Assembly: GCA_025352785.1 (NCBI GenBank) | Contig: JANXSD010000087.1 | Span: 2,883-66,882 of the forward strand | Direction: 5' to 3' | Length of the DNA: 64,000 nt | From: Bacteroidota bacterium | GTDB taxonomy: Bacteria; Bacteroidota; Bacteroidia; AKYH767-A; OLB10 | Part shown: positions 8,866 to 19,360 of the stretch, piece after piece | Layout: the number at the start of each line of letters is the position of its first letter | Position numbering within the stretch: position 1 is the first letter of the stretch | The notes under the pieces: generated by a model | What the model saw: only the letters and a program-made list of their open reading frames with translations | What the model was told of the DNA's origin: nothing | Databases searched by the model: none | Position numbers and translations under genes: made by a program

Positions 8866-11304
8866 TTAATTTTTTCTGATCTGAGCACCTAACTTTTCTT
8901 CGAATTGCTTCATCAATTTATTCATCACTACATCAATTTGTTTATCTTGTAAAGTACTCTCTTCATCGCTCAATGTAAAAGATAATGCATACGATTTTTT
9001 TCCTTCGCCAATTTTCTCTCCCTCATACACATCAAACAGATTTACGTTTTTCAACAATTTAGTTTCAGTAGAATATGCTAATTGCTCAATAGTATCATAA
9101 TGCACGGTACGATCAAGTAGCAACGACAAATCACGACGTACCTCTGGAAACTTAGGAGCTTCTTTTGCCTTTTCATCCTTAATAGGAACAAGTCTCATTA
9201 ATGCATCAAGATTAAATTCGGCATATAAAACTTGTTGAGATAGATCAGCAGATTTCAGAATTGGCTTATTCACTATTCCCAGAACAACAATTTGTTTTCC
9301 CTTCGCTTCGAATTTTAATGCAGCAGCAAAAGTAGCATCATGGAATTCTGATAATTTCAATTGCGTACGTGAATTCACTCCAATGCTTTCGAAAAGATTG
9401 GTGACAATTGCTTTCAGATAATAAATATCAAAATCAACTGCTTTTATTTTCCAATTCTCTTCATGACGGTTCCCACTTATCCACAAAGAAAGATTTTTTT
9501 GTTCTTGATAACGACTATTTACCTTAAGATAAGTTTTTCCTGTTTCAAAAAATTTAAGATCCTTTTGCTTTCTGTTGATATTATATACCAACGATTCTAA
9601 TCCTGTTAAAAGCATGGTATGACGAAGCATCCCAAGATCATTACTCAAAGGATTTAACACTATTATAGCTTCCGCGTTTTCAGGAAGAGCAATAACATCA
9701 GTACTTGAAATTTTTGATAAACTGTTATTAAGAATTTCATTAAATCCATTCGCAACCAGCCATTCGCCTAAACGATAATTTATTACTTCAGGATCAGGTT
9801 TAACAACGGCAGCTACAGAAATACTTAATTTTTTCGGTAATGTAATAGTATTATATCCATAGATTCTTAAAATCTCTTCAACAACATCAGCTTGACGAGT
9901 GACTTCTACTTTAAAAGGAGGAATATTTAAAACCAATTCCTGATCATTTTCTTTAACAATTTTAATTTGCAAATCAGTTAAAATCCTTTTGATCTCCTCC
10001 TTTGCGAGATTATTCCCCGCAAGCATATTTACATAATCCAATGATAAAATAATTTCTTTCCATTGAACAGGTTCAGTATAAATATCAATGAGGTCAGCAC
10101 TTATCTGTCCTCCTGCTAATTCTGTGATGAGCTTCGCCGCGTATTTCAAGGCATAAACAGTTATTTCAGGATCAGTACCCCGTTCGAAACGAAAGGACGA
10201 ATCAGTATGCATGCCATGCGCACGAGCTGCTTTACGAACTTGAACAGGATTAAAACATGCACTCTCTAAAAATAAATTTGTAGTGCGTGATGAAACACCA
10301 GAATGAAATCCACCAAAAACTCCAGCGATGCACAATCCACCTTTTTCATCAGCAATCATTAACTCAGTACCGTTGAGTACATGTTCCACTTCATCGAGTG
10401 TTGTAAACTTATCACCATTTTTTAATGTGCCAACAATAATTTTATTTCCAGAAATTTTATCCGCATCAAAAGCATGCATCGGTTGACCAAATGCAAACAT
10501 GACATAATTTCCAATATCAACAATATTATTTATAGAACGAACCCCAATACTCTTCAATTTATTTTTCAACCAGATTGGTGATTCGCATATCTGCACTCCA
10601 TTGATTTGGACTCCCGAATAACGTATGCATGCATCATGATCTTTCACCTCTACAGAAATTGTATTGACAGTATTTTCAAAGATAACATCAGAAACATCTG
10701 GCAAATGAAGTTCTAATTTATTTTCATTGCCGAGTAATGCTTTCAAATCACGAGCAACGCCAAGGTGTGAAGCGGCATCTGCACGATTAGGAGTTAAACC
10801 AATTTCAAAAATCCAATCCTGTTCCACTTGAAAATAGTCAGCAGCAGGCAACCCAATTTTAGTATCTTCAGGAAGAATCATAATACCCGCATGAGATTCT
10901 CCTAAACCAATTTCATCTTCAGCGCAAATCATTCCTTCTGAATTCTCACCACGAATTTTAGAATTCTTAATTGTAAAAGAATCACCATGAGAAGGAAATA
11001 ATATTGCTCCCGGTAATGCAACAATAACTTTTTGTCCTGCTGCAACATTTGGCGCACCGCAAACTATTTGCTTTGGTTCGCCATCACTCACATCAACAAT
11101 TGTGATTTTTAATCGATCCGCATTGGGATGTGGAATGCAAGAAAGAACTTGTCCGACAACAATTCCAGCAAGGCCACCTTGTAAACTTTGCCATTGTTCA
11201 AGATGCTCTACCTCGAGTCCACATCCCGTAAGTAATATTGAAATTTCTTGTGCACTTTGGGTAAAAGGAAGAAATTGTTTGAGCCAGTTATAAGCAATTT
11301 TCAT
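8866..11304 (-). CDS. pheT: phenylalanine--tRNA ligase beta subunit
   Basis: 812 aa. N-terminal MKIAYNWLKQFL (tRNA-binding domain), then B3/4, B5 and anticodon-binding regions. The length and order are typical of PheT. Confidence 0.95.
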   Translation of the reverse strand: MKIAYNWLKQFLPFTQSAQEISILLTGCGLEVEHLEQWQSLQGGLAGIVVGQVLSCIPHPNADRLKITIVDVSDGEPKQIVCGAPNVAAGQKVIVALPGAILFPSHGDSFTIKNSKIRGENSEGMICAEDEIGLGESHAGIMILPEDTKIGLPAADYFQVEQDWIFEIGLTPNRADAASHLGVARDLKALLGNENKLELHLPDVSDVIFENTVNTISVEVKDHDACIRYSGVQINGVQICESPIWLKNKLKSIGVRSINNIVDIGNYVMFAFGQPMHAFDADKISGNKIIVGTLKNGDKFTTLDEVEHVLNGTELMIADEKGGLCIAGVFGGFHSGVSSRTTNLFLESACFNPVQVRKAARAHGMHTDSSFRFERGTDPEITVYALKYAAKLITELAGGQISADLIDIYTEPVQWKEIILSLDYVNMLAGNNLAKEEIKRILTDLQIKIVKENDQELVLNIPPFKVEVTRQADVVEEILRIYGYNTITLPKKLSISVAAVVKPDPEVINYRLGEWLVANGFNEILNNSLSKISSTDVIALPENAEAIIVLNPLSNDLGMLRHTMLLTGLESLVYNINRKQKDLKFFETGKTYLKVNSRYQEQKNLSLWISGNRHEENWKIKAVDFDIYYLKAIVTNLFESIGVNSRTQLKLSEFHDATFAAALKFEAKGKQIVVLGIVNKPILKSADLSQQVLYAEFNLDALMRLVPIKDEKAKEAPKFPEVRRDLSLLLDRTVHYDTIEQLAYSTETKLLKNVNLFDVYEGEKIGEGKKSYALSFTLSDEESTLQDKQIDVVMNKLMKQFEEKLGAQIRKN

Positions 11305-11414
11305 AGAATCGTTGATGAATGAAATAAGGCTGCAAAGGTATCGAAACGAATGCGACCGAAAAGTGTTTTTCCATTTATGAGTATGGAAATTAAGGCGATT
11401 CTATATAAAATCCA

Positions 11415-11441
11415 TAAAAAAGACCGCTTTTTAGGCGGCCA
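11415..11441 (-). terminator. putative intrinsic terminator downstream of the adhesin gene
   Basis: On the minus strand: ggccgc-ctaaaaa-gcggtc (6-bp stem including one G-U pair) followed by a T6 run, about 25 nt after the adhesin stop. Confidence 0.5.
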
Positions 11442-11462
11442 TTAAAATTATCAATGAAGAAA

Positions 11463-14400
11463 CTATCGTCGGAGGATCACATATCCTGCTTTTGTACTCT
11501 CATTATTTCCAGGAACAAAAACATAATAATAGGTTCCATTAGGAAGTACTTGACCAATTTTAATACGATCACTATTTGAGAAACCATTCCATGAATTATC
11601 ATAATGATCTTTTTCATAAACAACATCACCCCAACGATTAAATATTTTCAATACAGCATCTGGATATCTTGCCACATCCGAGATCACAAAGTAATCATTA
11701 ACACCATCACCGTTTGGAGAGAAACCAGTGGGAATAAAAAGTGAATCACAAGTTACATTTACAACTACCGAATCAACAGAAGTACAACCGAGTGTATCAG
11801 AGACAACCACAGTAAACACCGTTGTTGATGCGGGATTAATAATTGTTGACGATGAAGTAGGTGTTGTACAAAGATTTGCTGGCGACCAACTATAATTGAA
11901 TCCTCCAGATGCAGTAAGTGTTATTAGCGAATCACAATTAATTGATGCGCCAGGAGACACGATAATAAATGGCAATGTGTTAACACTTATATTTATTGGT
12001 CCTGAATTAAATACTCCACATGTAGCTAATGCCTGAACAGAATAATCTCCTGCGTGCAAAACAACTATTTGATGAAGTGTATCACCAACTAAAGGTGTGC
12101 TATTTAAGAACCAACTATAGCTTACGTTTGAGTAAAGCGGAACACTCAAAATTATTGAATCACCTATACAGATAGTAGCTAAACCAGAATTAATGATATT
12201 CATGGAAGAACTATCAACAATCGTTATGGTACTTGAATTCACACATCCAAGTGAATCCGTAATTTGTAAAGTATAAACTCCTGCATTTAAACTATCAATA
12301 GCATTTGTAGTATCACTTGTTGACCAACTAAACGAGTATGGAGAAATACCACCAGAAGGATTTGAAATACTATTTGCAAAAATTCCTGCAAGACACTGAG
12401 AACTTGTTGAAACAATATTAGAAAGTATTGGTGCATTCAATGATTGAACAGAATCTACAATTGTAACGGAACATAAATTTAGATCAGTAATAGTAACGGA
12501 ATAAATTCCGGCAAGAAGAGTTGATTGATTTTGAAGAACACTTGAATTATTCCACACAAAAGAATAAGCAGGTGTTCCACCATTTACAGTTAATGCAATG
12601 AAACCAGAACTGTCACCTGCACATTTGATATTCGTCACTATTATACTTGCTGATAAAGAACTATCTGGTTGAAGAATGGCATGTGAAACACTAAGTGTAC
12701 ATCCATTTGAATCAGCAATCAAAACTGAATAAACACCGGCAATTAAATTCGCAATATCTTCTGTGGTATCTGCATTATTCCAAACAAAAGTATATGGAAA
12801 GGTACCGCCTTGTAATTGAAGATCGATGGCTCCAGTGCTATCGTTATGACAAAGTACAGGTTGCAAGTTTGATAGCGCAGTTAAAGGAATTAATGGCCCT
12901 GTTACTGTATCATTCATTGTAACAGCGCAGCCAAAAGTATCACTTAATAATAGTATATAAATTCCTGTTGCAAGACTATCAATATCTTGACTGACCTCCG
13001 AATTACTCCAGTTAATTAAATAGGGTGCATTACCAGTAACGGTGATATCAATAGTACCTAAACTATCACCAAAGCAACGGTTATTGGTGATTGCAGTTGC
13101 AACTTGTGGCGATGAATGCACGGTGATAAACAAGTATGCTGTATCGCAACGTGATGGAATTCCATTATCACAAACTTGGTAAGCAACAGAATCTAATCCA
13201 TTATAAAATGGAGTAGCGATATAAGAAATTTGTTGTGTTGGAGATATTGTTGCGGTTCCATGAAATGGTCCAGAAAGTATGGACACAAATAATGAATCTC
13301 CCTCAGGATCGATATCATTAATTAGTACGTTATAAACAATAGAATCTACGGAGCACAATGATGTAGAATCATTCAATGCAATTGGGGCATCGTTTTTAGG
13401 AATCACAGTGATGATAACCATAGCCGTATCACATAAAATTGGAGTGCCATTATCACAAATAATATAAATTAAAGTATCATTCGAATAAAAATTCGGATTA
13501 GGGCAATAAGTTATTATTCCTGTCAAAGTATCAACTGTTGCTGTACCATTATTGGGGCCCGATAATATTGCAAGTGAACCGAAATGAATTCCATTTTCTA
13601 TATCTGTATCATTCAACAATACTGCAATTTGCACACATGAATCTTCAGGAGTTGAAATGGTATCATCAACAGCTATTGGTGCATCATTTATTGGAAGAAC
13701 ATTAATATATATCCAAGCACTATCACAATAAACAGGGATACCAGAATCACAAACCGCATAGTGAATACTATCAGCACCGAAATAATTTAAAGTTGGTGTA
13801 TAGGTAATTGCACCCGTTATCGGATTAACAATAGCAGTACCATTTGAAGGACCACCAATTATTTGAACTGCTCCTGGGTTAATATTATTATCAGGGTCGG
13901 TATCATTTCCTAGTTCAATAATTACTGTTATCGAATCTTCATTCGTAACTATCGTATCATTGATTGCATCTGGAGGATTATTAATAAAAATCATCACTGT
14001 ATCTGTACCACTGCAACCAAGACTATCCGTTACAATAACCGAAAATTGTTGTGTAACAAATACGGTTGCAATAGGATTTGAAATTGAACTATCATTTAAA
14101 TTAATTGCTGGATTCCAAGTATAAATATATGGAGAAGTTCCAGAACTTGCAGTAGGGGAACCGCCAAGATTTACAGGAACTCCTGAAGAAGTAAATTGAT
14201 CGGGGCCTGCATCAACATTTGGATTTGCATTAGACGAAATGATAACTGTATCGGAACTTGAACATGCACCATTAGAAATTGTCCAAATAAATAAATTTTG
14301 ACCAATTGCAAGGTTACTAATTGTTGTAAGTGATGCAGTTGCAGTATCCACAATCGCTGTACCTAAACTAGTCCACAAACCTGTTCCTACTAGTGGATCA

Positions 14401-17303
14401 TTTCCTTTAATTGTTATTCCATTTATGGATGCGCAATATGCATCATCAGCACCGGCATTTGCAACTGTTGAAAGTGGCGCTACAACAACAGTAATTGTAT
14501 CATACGTTTCACAATTATTATTGGTAACAGTCCATACAAATTGGTAGGTACCAACTGTTAATCCTGTAACACTTGTGAAGGGATTTAATACATCCGTAAT
14601 TCCTGCTGTACTAGTTGTTGACCATATTCCTACTCCAACTGTTATTGCATTTGCAGAAAGCGTTGTAGAAGTTTGCGTTTCACAAAGTTGTTGATCAGGA
14701 CCTGCATTTGCAACAACATTACTATCAACGGAAATAATTACTGTATCTCTACTCGTACATGTTCCATTCGTTATCGACCACACAAAATTATAGGTGCCCG
14801 CAGTATTCAATCCTGAAATAGTTGTGGTTGCAGAAGTTGGATTTGTAATTGTTCCACTACTGATAGCAGACCATGTTCCACTTCCTGATGATGGATTATT
14901 TCCTGTTAATGTTGCTGTTGCTGTACTCGAACAAATTTGTTGATCAACTCCTGCATTTGCGGTGATTAAGGAATCTCGCTTTATATTTATTGTATCACTA
15001 CTTACACAAAAATTATTAGTGATGGTCCAAATAAATAAATTATTTCCGTAAGCGAGATTAGTAACTGTTGTGCTCGCGGAACTTGCACTTGTTATATTTG
15101 CTGTTCCTAATGATGTCCAAAGACCAACTCCAGGTGTAGGATTATTTCCAATTATTGTTGCAGTTGTTGAACCACAAAAAATTTGATCTGCTCCGGCATG
15201 TGCAACAATTGACGAATCAACGAGTATGCGAACTGTGTCGCGTAATACGCAAGCACCATTGGTAACTGTCCATATAAATGCATAAATTCCAGCATTTGTA
15301 AAACCACTTACTGTTGAATTCGCATTAGAAACATTTGCAATAATTGCAGAACTTGGTGTTGACCATAAACCAATCGCAGGTGATGGATCATTTGCAGAAA
15401 GTCCTGAAATATCTCCTTGACAAATTTCATCATCTAATCCCGCATTTGCAGGTACTTGAACATTCACAGTAATTCGAACGGTATCTCTGCTCACACAAGT
15501 TCCATTCGTAATAGTCCATACAAATAAATTTGATCCTGCTGGAATTCCTGTTACTGTAGAAGTAGCACTCGTTGGATTGGTTATAGTTCCACCATTTATT
15601 TTTGTCCATAATCTAGTTCCCGGGGTGGGATTATTTCCAGCAAGTGTTGTTGTTGGATTCGACTCACAAATTTGTTGATCAATACCTGCATTTGCAATCA
15701 ATAAAGTATCTACATGAATAATAATTGTATCTCTACTTATGCATGCTCCAAAAGAAGTGGAATAAATAAAAGTATAATTTCCTGTATGTAAATTACTAAC
15801 ATTTGTATTTGCTGATGATGGGCTTGATATACTAGCGGTACTTGTTGTTGTCCATAAAGCTGTTCCTGGTGCAGGACTATTTCCAATTAATGTTGTACTT
15901 GTTGCATTACATAAATTCTGATCAATACCTGCATTTGCAATCACCGGAGATTTAACAATTATGGTAACCGTATCCATACTCACGCAAGCACCATTGGTGA
16001 TGGTCCATACAAATTTATAAAAGCCATTAACCGTTAATCCTGTTACCGTAGTTGTGCTTGATGTTGGAGATGTAATTGTACCTCCATTTATTGCAGTCCA
16101 AAGTCCAGTGCCAGGTGCAGGATTATTTCCATTCAATGTACCTGTTCCAGTGGAAGTACAAACTTGAAAATCATTTCCAGCAGCTGCAACTATTAGCGTA
16201 CTTACATTTACTAAAACAGTATCTTTAGTAATGCATGCACCATTGGTGATGGTCCAAATAAAAGTATTTATTCCATTTGCTAATGCTGTTACACCAGAAG
16301 TATTACTTGTTGGAGTTGTTATTATTGCACTTCCAGATGTTGTCCACAAACCATTTCCTAGTGTTGCATTATTGCCTGCTAATGTTGTTGTAGGATTTGA
16401 ATTACACACACTTTGATCAACACCAGCATTCGATACAATAGGGCTCAACACAATAATTTGCATGGTATCTTTTGCAACACATGAACCATTGGTTGTTGTC
16501 CAAACAAAAACATACGTTCCTGGTGTTGTTAATCCGGTAATTGTTGATGTTCTACTTGGTGGATTTGTAATTGTTGCACTACTTGTTGTTGTCCAAAGTC
16601 CAGTACCTGGTGATGGATTTGTTGCAGCCATTGTAGCTGTACCAGAAGTAGAACAAATATTTTGATCAATACCTGCATTTGTTATTACTGGTTGATCAAC
16701 TATTATCGTAACCTGATCTGCATCTGAACATGTTCCATCGGATACTACCCAAAAAATTAGATACGATCCGCTAATTAAATTAGAAACTACAGTAGTATCA
16801 TTTCCTGGACTAGCAATAACAGCAGAGCTTGAAGTAAACCATGTTCCGGTAACGCCAGCTATATTAGGATCTAATGCAACGATGGTAGTTGAACTTTGTG
16901 GCGCACATATTCTTACAGTATTTTGTAATGCTTTTGCAAGTAACACATAAACAGTATGTGTTATGGTGTCCTTATTATTTGTAGCATCTGTTATTATTAA
17001 GGTTACAGTATAATTTCCACCAACAGAATAGGAGTGCGTTGGATTTTGATTTGTTGAAGTTCCTAAATCTCCGAAATCCCAGGCCCAACCTGTAATCGCT
17101 GCTCCTCCTGCGGTACTTACATCAGTAAATGAAACAATATTCCCAACGCAAACAATGGAATCATTAATATCGAATAAAGCTATTGGCGCTTGTGCTGATG
17201 CTCTGTTTGATTGACAGATTAATATCAGAATAGTCGAAATAACTAAAAGAATTGCTTTGGTTCTCCGCAACATCTTAAATGGAATTTTTAAACAATGTGA
17301 CAA
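11463..17303 (-). CDS. giant T9SS-secreted cell-surface adhesin (SprB-like): signal peptide, about 11 tandem Ig/PKD-like repeats, 3 cadherin-like repeats, 4 SprB-type repeats, and a type-B (CHU_C/gliding-associated) C-terminal sorting domain
   Basis: 1946-aa uninterrupted ORF. The signal peptide probably starts at M11 (MLRRTKAILLVISTILILICQSNRASAQA, nt 17273). The repeat consensus is NAG.DQ..C......L.GN.P.PG.G.W......I..P.S..T.V.GL..G.Y.F.W...NG.C...DTV.I.V. There are DAPIAVDDT/NDAPIALNDS cadherin-like units and C.GDS.G.I.L.V.GGT.PY.F.W.N SprB repeats. The C-terminus FSPNGDGVNDYF...FNRWGDVVY...W.G......G.YYY matches the T9SS type-B sorting domain. Confidence 0.85.
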   Translation of the reverse strand: MSHCLKIPFKMLRRTKAILLVISTILILICQSNRASAQAPIALFDINDSIVCVGNIVSFTDVSTAGGAAITGWAWDFGDLGTSTNQNPTHSYSVGGNYTVTLIITDATNNKDTITHTVYVLLAKALQNTVRICAPQSSTTIVALDPNIAGVTGTWFTSSSAVIASPGNDTTVVSNLISGSYLIFWVVSDGTCSDADQVTIIVDQPVITNAGIDQNICSTSGTATMAATNPSPGTGLWTTTSSATITNPPSRTSTITGLTTPGTYVFVWTTTNGSCVAKDTMQIIVLSPIVSNAGVDQSVCNSNPTTTLAGNNATLGNGLWTTSGSAIITTPTSNTSGVTALANGINTFIWTITNGACITKDTVLVNVSTLIVAAAGNDFQVCTSTGTGTLNGNNPAPGTGLWTAINGGTITSPTSSTTTVTGLTVNGFYKFVWTITNGACVSMDTVTIIVKSPVIANAGIDQNLCNATSTTLIGNSPAPGTALWTTTSTASISSPSSANTNVSNLHTGNYTFIYSTSFGACISRDTIIIHVDTLLIANAGIDQQICESNPTTTLAGNNPTPGTRLWTKINGGTITNPTSATSTVTGIPAGSNLFVWTITNGTCVSRDTVRITVNVQVPANAGLDDEICQGDISGLSANDPSPAIGLWSTPSSAIIANVSNANSTVSGFTNAGIYAFIWTVTNGACVLRDTVRILVDSSIVAHAGADQIFCGSTTATIIGNNPTPGVGLWTSLGTANITSASSASTTVTNLAYGNNLFIWTITNNFCVSSDTINIKRDSLITANAGVDQQICSSTATATLTGNNPSSGSGTWSAISSGTITNPTSATTTISGLNTAGTYNFVWSITNGTCTSRDTVIISVDSNVVANAGPDQQLCETQTSTTLSANAITVGVGIWSTTSTAGITDVLNPFTSVTGLTVGTYQFVWTVTNNNCETYDTITVVVAPLSTVANAGADDAYCASINGITIKGNDPLVGTGLWTSLGTAIVDTATASLTTISNLAIGQNLFIWTISNGACSSSDTVIISSNANPNVDAGPDQFTSSGVPVNLGGSPTASSGTSPYIYTWNPAINLNDSSISNPIATVFVTQQFSVIVTDSLGCSGTDTVMIFINNPPDAINDTIVTNEDSITVIIELGNDTDPDNNINPGAVQIIGGPSNGTAIVNPITGAITYTPTLNYFGADSIHYAVCDSGIPVYCDSAWIYINVLPINDAPIAVDDTISTPEDSCVQIAVLLNDTDIENGIHFGSLAILSGPNNGTATVDTLTGIITYCPNPNFYSNDTLIYIICDNGTPILCDTAMVIITVIPKNDAPIALNDSTSLCSVDSIVYNVLINDIDPEGDSLFVSILSGPFHGTATISPTQQISYIATPFYNGLDSVAYQVCDNGIPSRCDTAYLFITVHSSPQVATAITNNRCFGDSLGTIDITVTGNAPYLINWSNSEVSQDIDSLATGIYILLLSDTFGCAVTMNDTVTGPLIPLTALSNLQPVLCHNDSTGAIDLQLQGGTFPYTFVWNNADTTEDIANLIAGVYSVLIADSNGCTLSVSHAILQPDSSLSASIIVTNIKCAGDSSGFIALTVNGGTPAYSFVWNNSSVLQNQSTLLAGIYSVTITDLNLCSVTIVDSVQSLNAPILSNIVSTSSQCLAGIFANSISNPSGGISPYSFSWSTSDTTNAIDSLNAGVYTLQITDSLGCVNSSTITIVDSSSMNIINSGLATICIGDSIILSVPLYSNVSYSWFLNSTPLVGDTLHQIVVLHAGDYSVQALATCGVFNSGPINISVNTLPFIIVSPGASINCDSLITLTASGGFNYSWSPANLCTTPTSSSTIINPASTTVFTVVVSDTLGCTSVDSVVVNVTCDSLFIPTGFSPNGDGVNDYFVISDVARYPDAVLKIFNRWGDVVYEKDHYDNSWNGFSNSDRIKIGQVLPNGTYYYVFVPGNNESTKAGYVILRR
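14186..16685 (-). repeat. intragenic tandem array of about 10-11 units of about 246 nt (about 82 aa), encoding Ig/PKD-like beta-sandwich repeats
   Basis: Protein-level periodicity is anchored on NAG(I/V/P/A)DQ starts. At nucleotide level the units share roughly 60-70% identity, with exact 17-nt matches between some (for example acgcaagcaccattggt near 15250 and 15984). Confidence 0.7.
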
Positions 17304-17797
17304 TTTTTGGTGCTTTTCTTACGTAAATCTTACATAAGTTGTTACATTGATTTTTTAAATTTCGTTTATGGCAGATTAACAATAAATGTCTACTTTTTAG
17401 TGAGTTACCTTCAAATACAGTATTTAACTATTTTACAAGATGGCTTTAAAATTCGAATTTGGGCGGGACTTGAACCATAAAGTAAAGGACTTTATGGCAC
17501 GCAGGATTGAAATTTGTCTGAACTATGATTTTGGTGATTACAATGATTTTTATGATTTAGATTTTAGCGAAAATTAGTTTTTACTTCTGTAAGTGATTCA
17601 AATTGTCTGAAGCAGTTCCAATTGCTATCGGATTACGAAATAAAAAATAAATATATATCTAAGAATATTTTTCTGTCCTAAATTAAATTCCCTTTCTTTG
17701 GAGGGGTAAGGGGAGGTCTTTTGAAATGAATTAAAAATTACGAATTACGAGTCACTTTTTAAAAAACCAATTAAAAATAATTTCATTTCAATTGCAA

Positions 17798-18791
17798 CTA
17801 CTCTTTCATGATTTTCCTTGTAACAATTCCCTCCTTCGTTACCACTTTAACAAAATAAATTCCAGAACTAAAATTGGAAATATTAATAGCATACTTGCAT
17901 GGTAAAATAGAAATATCATTTTCTCTTAATAACATTTCACCTTGCAAATCATAAATAAAAATAGCACTCACTTGCTTTGGTAAATTATTTAAGCTAATAC
18001 TATTTTGAGCAGGATTAGGTGAAATAGTAAAACTTTTTTGCCAATCATTTTCATTAATACCCACAGTACTATCACAAAGTATTACCGAAACATCATCAAT
18101 GTAGTAGAATGAATAAGCATGTGGAAATCCATTCATATTTCGAATATACGTTGTATGAGCATCATCTTTAAAATTACCAATTGTGATATATTTTTCTCCT
18201 CCAGTCGCATAAAATTCACCATAAATATTTACCTAAATTGAAGTGTCAGAAATAATATTACCTGAAAGGTTTTCAATTTGTGGTTGATATGGTAACAGAA
18301 GTAATTACGGTGAATTATATTGTATTATAGATTTTGATAGATATGCACCAATTCCATCAATTGAGGTTGCACTTTTATTTGCAAAACTTACATAAAATGA
18401 AACACAGTATTTTTTTCCTGCAATTAATGAATCGGTAAGTTGTACTTCTAAATACTCCCGAACATTATTTTGCGGAGAAATATAACCACCAATTCCTGTT
18501 TTTGCAATTTGGTAGCCTTCGTAATTAAATGGTACATTTAACGCATTTGAATTAGTATCACAACTATTAAAAGTAATCTGTACTGCTTACATTAACATTT
18601 GCCTGGAACCAAGGTATTGCATAATAGATAGCACGATAAGGTTCAATTAATAGACTTGAATAGCTCGGACAAGTATCATAAACCTCAAAACCAGGATTAG
18701 GAACTAAATTAAATTGTGCGAAACTACTACTAGACGCAGAAAGCAGTAACACGACTATTTTTAGAAAAATACAATTTATATCCCGTTTCAT
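17798..18791 (-). pseudogene. decayed T9SS cargo gene (signal peptide ... type-A C-terminal sorting domain) with one frameshift and two in-frame stop codons
   Basis: The N-terminal ORF (18567-18791) encodes a signal peptide (MKRDINCIFLKIVVLLLSASSSSFAQ) and stops in a T/A run at about 18567-18572. The reading continues in another frame (NSCDTNSNALNVPFNYEGYQIAK...FYVSFANKS...) and hits TAA at 18305-18307 and TAG at 18233-18235. It then runs into the intact sorting domain (YITIGNFKDD...YYIDDVSV...ISPNPAQNSISL...SGIYFVKVVT...RKIMKE) at 17798-18136. Confidence 0.65.
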
Positions 18792-18837
18792 TTCTTAAAG
18801 ATAATAAAATTATATGTGAAGCAACGTTGAACTCCCA

Positions 18838-18878
18838 TAAAAAAAAAGAGAGGCCATCTTCATTAAAGACAGCCTCAC
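18838..18878 (-). terminator. possible intrinsic terminator after yqeY (end of the dcw-ftsZ-yqeY transcription unit)
   Basis: Minus strand: an imperfect stem gaggctgtc ... gatggcctc followed by TCTTTTTTTTT, about 20 nt after the yqeY stop. Confidence 0.45.
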
Positions 18879-18895
18879 TTTTATAAATAATTATT

Positions 18896-19345
18896 TTATG
18901 ATCCGAGCAATTGCTTTACTAATGCCGATACCATTTTATTGTCAGCTTTTCCTGCTAATTGTTTGGTAACAGCACCCATTACTTTTCCCATCTCACCAGG
19001 CGATGTTGCACCCAAACTTGCAATAGTGCTTTCAACAACTTTACGCACTTCATCTTCACTCATCATTTGCGGAAGAAACTTTTCAATCACTTCTATTTCT
19101 TGTCGTTCCGTAGCTGCTAAATCTTCGCGATTTTGTTGTACATAAATATCTAATGATTCACGACGTTGCTTTACTAACTTCTGCAAGATTTTTATTTCAT
19201 CTTCTTCCGTAAGTTCTTTTCCAACTTCGCTGGTCTTCACTAAAAGTATTGCAGATTTAATTGCACGTAATCCACGAAGTCCGGCTTCATTCCTTGCTAA
19301 CATTGCCGCCTTCAACTCCACCATTATATTTTGTTCGAGTCCCAT
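18896..19345 (-). CDS. yqeY: GatB/YqeY-domain protein
   Basis: 149 aa; the MGLEQNIMVELKAAMLARNEAGLRGLRAIKSAILL... pattern typical of the YqeY family. It lies only 15 nt downstream of ftsZ. Confidence 0.85.
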   Translation of the reverse strand: MGLEQNIMVELKAAMLARNEAGLRGLRAIKSAILLVKTSEVGKELTEEDEIKILQKLVKQRRESLDIYVQQNREDLAATERQEIEVIEKFLPQMMSEDEVRKVVESTIASLGATSPGEMGKVMGAVTKQLAGKADNKMVSALVKQLLGS

Positions 19346-19360
19346 GTTTCTCTTTATTAA

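Noticed and set aside
12695-16665. Several 60-75-aa ORFs on the plus strand inside the adhesin gene (12695-12922, 16231-16416, 16462-16665) and one on the minus strand in another frame (14171-14353)
   Set aside because: They lie fully inside the 1946-aa adhesin ORF. The plus-strand ones are antisense to it and the minus-strand one is in a different reading frame. Their repetitive Val/Pro-rich translations are mirror images of the Thr/Gly-rich repeats in the real frame. They are frame artefacts of the tandem repeats.
14186-16685. Intragenic nucleotide repeats in the adhesin as an insertion sequence or mobile element
   Set aside because: The repeats are in-frame, encode a consistent Ig/PKD-like domain consensus, and lack terminal inverted repeats or a transposase. 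They are protein domain repeats.
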